From assembly GCA_938046645.1 (NCBI GenBank), contig CALIWM010000189.1:36892-100891 (forward strand): 64,000 nt of DNA. The letters run 5' to 3'. Below, one piece after another: positions 61,105-64,000 of the stretch (position 1 is its first letter; every line of letters starts with the position of its first letter). The position numbers and the translations under genes are program-made. A model generated the notes under the pieces. That model was not told where the DNA came from and did no database searches. It worked only from the letters and a program-made list of their open reading frames with translations. Source of the DNA: an uncultured Gemella sp. (lineage in GTDB: Bacteria; Bacillota; Bacilli; Staphylococcales; Gemellaceae).

Positions 61105-61356
61105 TGGCTACGAGGTGAATATCAGGAAGAATTCCTTGAAGTCCAGTATAAGGTAGAAGACATTAAACGTTGCTTATTATTCTCTGATGGCTTTGAAAGA
61201 ATTTTTGAACACTCTCTTTATTCTTATAAAGATGTTTTGAATCAAAAAGTTAGTTTACTTGATGCAACAAAACGTTTGAGAGATTGGGAAAATAAGGCCG
61301 TTAATTTAGACGTAAAAAGGCATGATGATGTTAGTGCTATTTTGGTAGAATTTTAA
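61105..61356 (+). pseudogene. C-terminal fragment of a PP2C-family phosphatase
   Basis: Manual translation: ..RCLLFSDGFE..KRHDDVSAILVEF*; in-frame stop at 61102 and no start codon before the motifs. Confidence 0.7.
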
Positions 61357-61437
61357 TTCTTTTGAGCAATCTATCGAGCCAAATAATAGAATAACAAAAA
61401 ACACCTAAATTTAGGTGTTTTATTTATTCGGATTGAT

Positions 61438-62025
61438 TTAATACATAGCCTCAATCTCTTTAATCAAAGACTTAACAGTTGTATTTTCGTCAACCCCTAA
61501 ATTTGAAAGTTTCCATACGCAATAGTTATAGACGAGATTAACAAGAGTAATCTCGGCCTTACCGTCATACGGATGCATATTTAGGCCGTCCATAAAGTCG
61601 ACTACATTGATTTCATCCATGTAGTCAGCAATGATACAACGAGCTTCATAAGCAGTATTGGTCATTGTGCCATTTGCAAAGTGATTTTGGAATAAATCAA
61701 AGATTAAACCTTGAATATCTGAGCCGACATAGTTCTCAAGGTCTTTTTCGTCCATAACTGAAATCAAGTCAATCAGTTCGTTCAGGCAGTATTCAGACCA
61801 AGTACCATTATGAACCGGCCGGAATTTTTCTGGATTTGCCAGCACGCGCAACAGTGACTTCAATGCTTCAGCTTCTGGACTGTCTGCTGCATCATAAACA
61901 GCAAGCATGGCAATTGTTTCTTGCAGACCAGAAAGCGAATTGAAATCAGAGTTTTCACGGATGTCTGAAACGATTTTTGATAAAGCTTCATATGAAGTAG
62001 GAATATTTAAGTTTACTTGAACCAT
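61438..62025 (-). CDS. Acidic hypothetical protein
   Basis: AAGGAG RBS, motif promoter. Confidence 0.65.
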   Translation of the reverse strand: MVQVNLNIPTSYEALSKIVSDIRENSDFNSLSGLQETIAMLAVYDAADSPEAEALKSLLRVLANPEKFRPVHNGTWSEYCLNELIDLISVMDEKDLENYVGSDIQGLIFDLFQNHFANGTMTNTAYEARCIIADYMDEINVVDFMDGLNMHPYDGKAEITLVNLVYNYCVWKLSNLGVDENTTVKSLIKEIEAMY

Positions 62026-62061
62026 AATAGTTCTCCTTTTCTTTTGTAAAATAATAGTTTT

Positions 62062-62096
62062 ATTGTAAAATTAAAAGTTTTACAAATAATATTATA
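62062..62096 (-). promoter_or_regulatory. Motif copy (divergent pair, left)
   Basis: minus strand TATAAT ATTATT TGTAAA ... TTTTACAAT. Confidence 0.75.
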
Positions 62097-62122
62097 AAAC
62101 AATAAATATACTGGACTTTCGT

Positions 62123-62159
62123 TATAATAAAAGATGTAAAAGTTAATTTATTTTACAAT
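62123..62159 (+). promoter_or_regulatory. Motif copy (divergent pair, right)
   Basis: TATAAT AAAAGA TGTAAA ... TTTTACAAT. Confidence 0.75.
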
Positions 62160-62199
62160 ATATTTATTTTAAAATTATACATAAAGGAGACGTAAAGAT

Positions 62200-62724
62200 A
62201 TGACGAATTATCTTGAAACTAAACTAGAAGAAGAAATCGCAAAAGTGATTTCAGAAGAAGCTAAAAATCTCTTCAAATATGGTTATCTTTTAACCAAGAC
62301 CTTAAATGATGAGGAAGAGAAAGAACGTTTTAAACTTTTCTTTTTTGATAACTTGAACCCAGACCCAGAACATGAGGTGCTGTTCCTTATGGTCAGAAAA
62401 CACTATGATTTTTATTCAAAAGATTTGGACGGAAGCTTCACAGATAACTTTAGTCAATGGAATATCTATTTAGGAAGTGTTCCAAGAGCAAACATGAATC
62501 TCAGTGACATTGATTCTTTTGTGTCATTTATTGACAACTCTAAAAAAGAACTTATCAAAGAGTTCTATACTAGAAAAGAGCATTGCTTTCATTTAGATAT
62601 AGAAATGGATGAAAAAAATACAGTTCTTTCTATGAAGGATTTGCTCGAATTGCACATTGATTACATTACAGGACGTTTGAAGCGCGTGCCTACTCCACCA
62701 AGGAAACCTCTAAGAGGCATCTAA
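62200..62724 (+). CDS. Hypothetical protein
   Basis: AAGGAG RBS, own promoter and terminator. Confidence 0.65.
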   Translation: MTNYLETKLEEEIAKVISEEAKNLFKYGYLLTKTLNDEEEKERFKLFFFDNLNPDPEHEVLFLMVRKHYDFYSKDLDGSFTDNFSQWNIYLGSVPRANMNLSDIDSFVSFIDNSKKELIKEFYTRKEHCFHLDIEMDEKNTVLSMKDLLELHIDYITGRLKRVPTPPRKPLRGI

Positions 62725-62788
62725 ATAAATTAAACACCTAATAAAATTTAGGTGTTTTTTGTTTTTGCGGATTATATAATCATTCATT

Positions 62789-62821
62789 TATAATATTAGA
62801 TGTAAAAAATAATTTTACAAT
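62789..62821 (+). promoter_or_regulatory. TATAAT-N6-TGTAA..TTACA motif copy
   Basis: TATAAT ATTAGA TGTAAA AAATAATT TTACAAT. Confidence 0.75.
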
Positions 62822-62862
62822 ATATTATTTTAATTTTAATAACAAAAAAGGAGAATGTAGAA

Positions 62863-63129
62863 ATGAAACCTATTTCTAAGATTTTTATCGTATGTCATGA
62901 AAAATCACAATTCCGTGACGGTTACTGGGAACTGATGTCCTCAGAAATCATTCAATGTTTTGATAATCAGGAGGCTGCTGTGGGCTATGCACAGGCATTA
63001 TCTCCTAGTTTTGCTAAATGTTCTCAATCAGCTATTACTTGGGTTGAGCCGGATGTTTCTGGTATTATGAACAAGCTGACGTTGGTTGAACGTTCTGTGT
63101 TGACAGGCGACGCAAATACATTTAAGTAA
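62863..63129 (+). CDS. Small hypothetical protein
   Basis: AAGGAG RBS. Confidence 0.6.
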   Translation: MKPISKIFIVCHEKSQFRDGYWELMSSEIIQCFDNQEAAVGYAQALSPSFAKCSQSAITWVEPDVSGIMNKLTLVERSVLTGDANTFK

Positions 63130-63145
63130 AAGGGGGATAAAAATA

Positions 63146-63706
63146 ATGAAACAACATGAAACACCAATTGTGCAGCTAGAAAAGAAACCAGAGTACCTAT
63201 CTAGAGTACGAAAGGATGTCTTGAGAACTTTTGTGGGTTATTTCTTTGAAGAATACTGGGATAACATTGATTTTGAGCCTAACTTTCAACGTGGGTTGGT
63301 CTGGTCACAAAAACAAAAAGAAGCTTACATTCTAGCTCTCTTTGAGCACCGGGCAGAACTATCACCTACCTTTGTTCTAGACCAAGATAAAGTCAATGAA
63401 ACCATGAATTTGAAGAAAATGATTTCTATTGACGGAAAACAACGACTACATGCTGTAAAGGATTTTAGGGATGATAAATTCCCAGTGAAAGGTCTTTATT
63501 ACAGTCAGTTGAAAGAGAGTGATAAATTCTATCTTCAATCTCTTGATTTTGATATGGTGGTTTATCGTAATCCTGATGTTTCTAAAACATTGGATTATAA
63601 AACTCAGTTAGAAATCTTCTTAGCTATTAATAGCTGGGGAGTTCCACAAGCTGAAGAACATATCAAGAAACTTGAAGAAGAATACTCTAAATTATCACAG
63701 CGATAA
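63146..63706 (+). CDS. Stand-alone DUF262 (ParB/Srx-like, GmrSD N-terminal) domain protein
   Basis: PNFQRGLVWS, IDGKQRL, IF.AIN..G motifs. Confidence 0.8.
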   Translation: MKQHETPIVQLEKKPEYLSRVRKDVLRTFVGYFFEEYWDNIDFEPNFQRGLVWSQKQKEAYILALFEHRAELSPTFVLDQDKVNETMNLKKMISIDGKQRLHAVKDFRDDKFPVKGLYYSQLKESDKFYLQSLDFDMVVYRNPDVSKTLDYKTQLEIFLAINSWGVPQAEEHIKKLEEEYSKLSQR

Positions 63707-63744
63707 TTAAAAACACCCTTTGTTAGGGTGCTTTTTTATTTTGT

Positions 63745-64000
63745 TTAATTTTCTTTCTCAACTAAGAACCCCTTATCAATAACATGCTCCATCAAAGGCC
63801 CATAAGGAACTTTTAGAGCATCCATAACGTAGTGAAGAACATAGTTGGTGGAAATATTTTTTAGTTCTGTCTGCCTAAACTTTGCAGCTCCCTCTATCGT
63901 TTCAATTAACAATTTTTCTGGCATTAATAAGTCTTTGGCAAATTGTTCAGCAAACTTGTCGTCAATGCCCCAAAAGATTTCTCTGTATTTGGGTTTTATA
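63745..64000 (-). CDS. C-terminus of a possible ImmA/IrrE-family protein (start outside window)
   Basis: Manual translation ..FAEQFAKDLLMPEK.., resembling the A..FA..LLMP motif; HExxH not in window. Confidence 0.45.
   Translation of the reverse strand, partial: IKPKYREIFWGIDDKFAEQFAKDLLMPEKLLIETIEGAAKFRQTELKNISTNYVLHYVMDALKVPYGPLMEHVIDKGFLVEKEN

Noticed and set aside
55375..63737. Recurrent intergenic repeats as a CRISPR array
   Set aside because: Repeats are degenerate and separated by whole genes, not 30-40 nt spacers; no cas genes
1..64000. Prophage or jumbo phage call
   Set aside because: No terminase, capsid, tail or integrase recognised in the window; cannot be excluded for the rest of the replicon

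Overview
AT-rich segment of what appears to be a very large extrachromosomal element (megaplasmid-like) of a Streptococcus-type Firmicute. It has no rRNA, tRNA or ribosomal-protein genes and no recognisable phage structural genes. It does carry isolated copies of core functions: DnaE, a 5'-3' exonuclease, SecA, ClpB, a J-domain protein, a class A PBP, a class B sortase, a lytic transglycosylase and an EndA-like nuclease. There are also three sortase-type surface proteins (one with a PrgA/SEC10 surface-exclusion domain), a tnpB-only IS200/IS605 element, and arrays of paralogous orphan genes. The gene content is reminiscent of the giant oral-streptococcal 'Inocle' elements (inference, untested). 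Main structures seen by eye: (1) a promoter-like motif, TATAAT-N6-TGTAA-N6..14-TTACA, in 19 copies, with no evident -35 box, in front of accessory gene cassettes; (2) a candidate replication locus at about 49.2-52.2 kb, where gene orientation flips, containing a degenerate primase-like Rep candidate, a divergent ~105-nt sRNA complementary to the rep start codon and leader, GC-rich hairpins and a ~415-nt structured non-coding transcription unit; (3) apparent avoidance of GATC, CCWGG and GGWCC. All calls are by motif recognition; no searches or counts were run.
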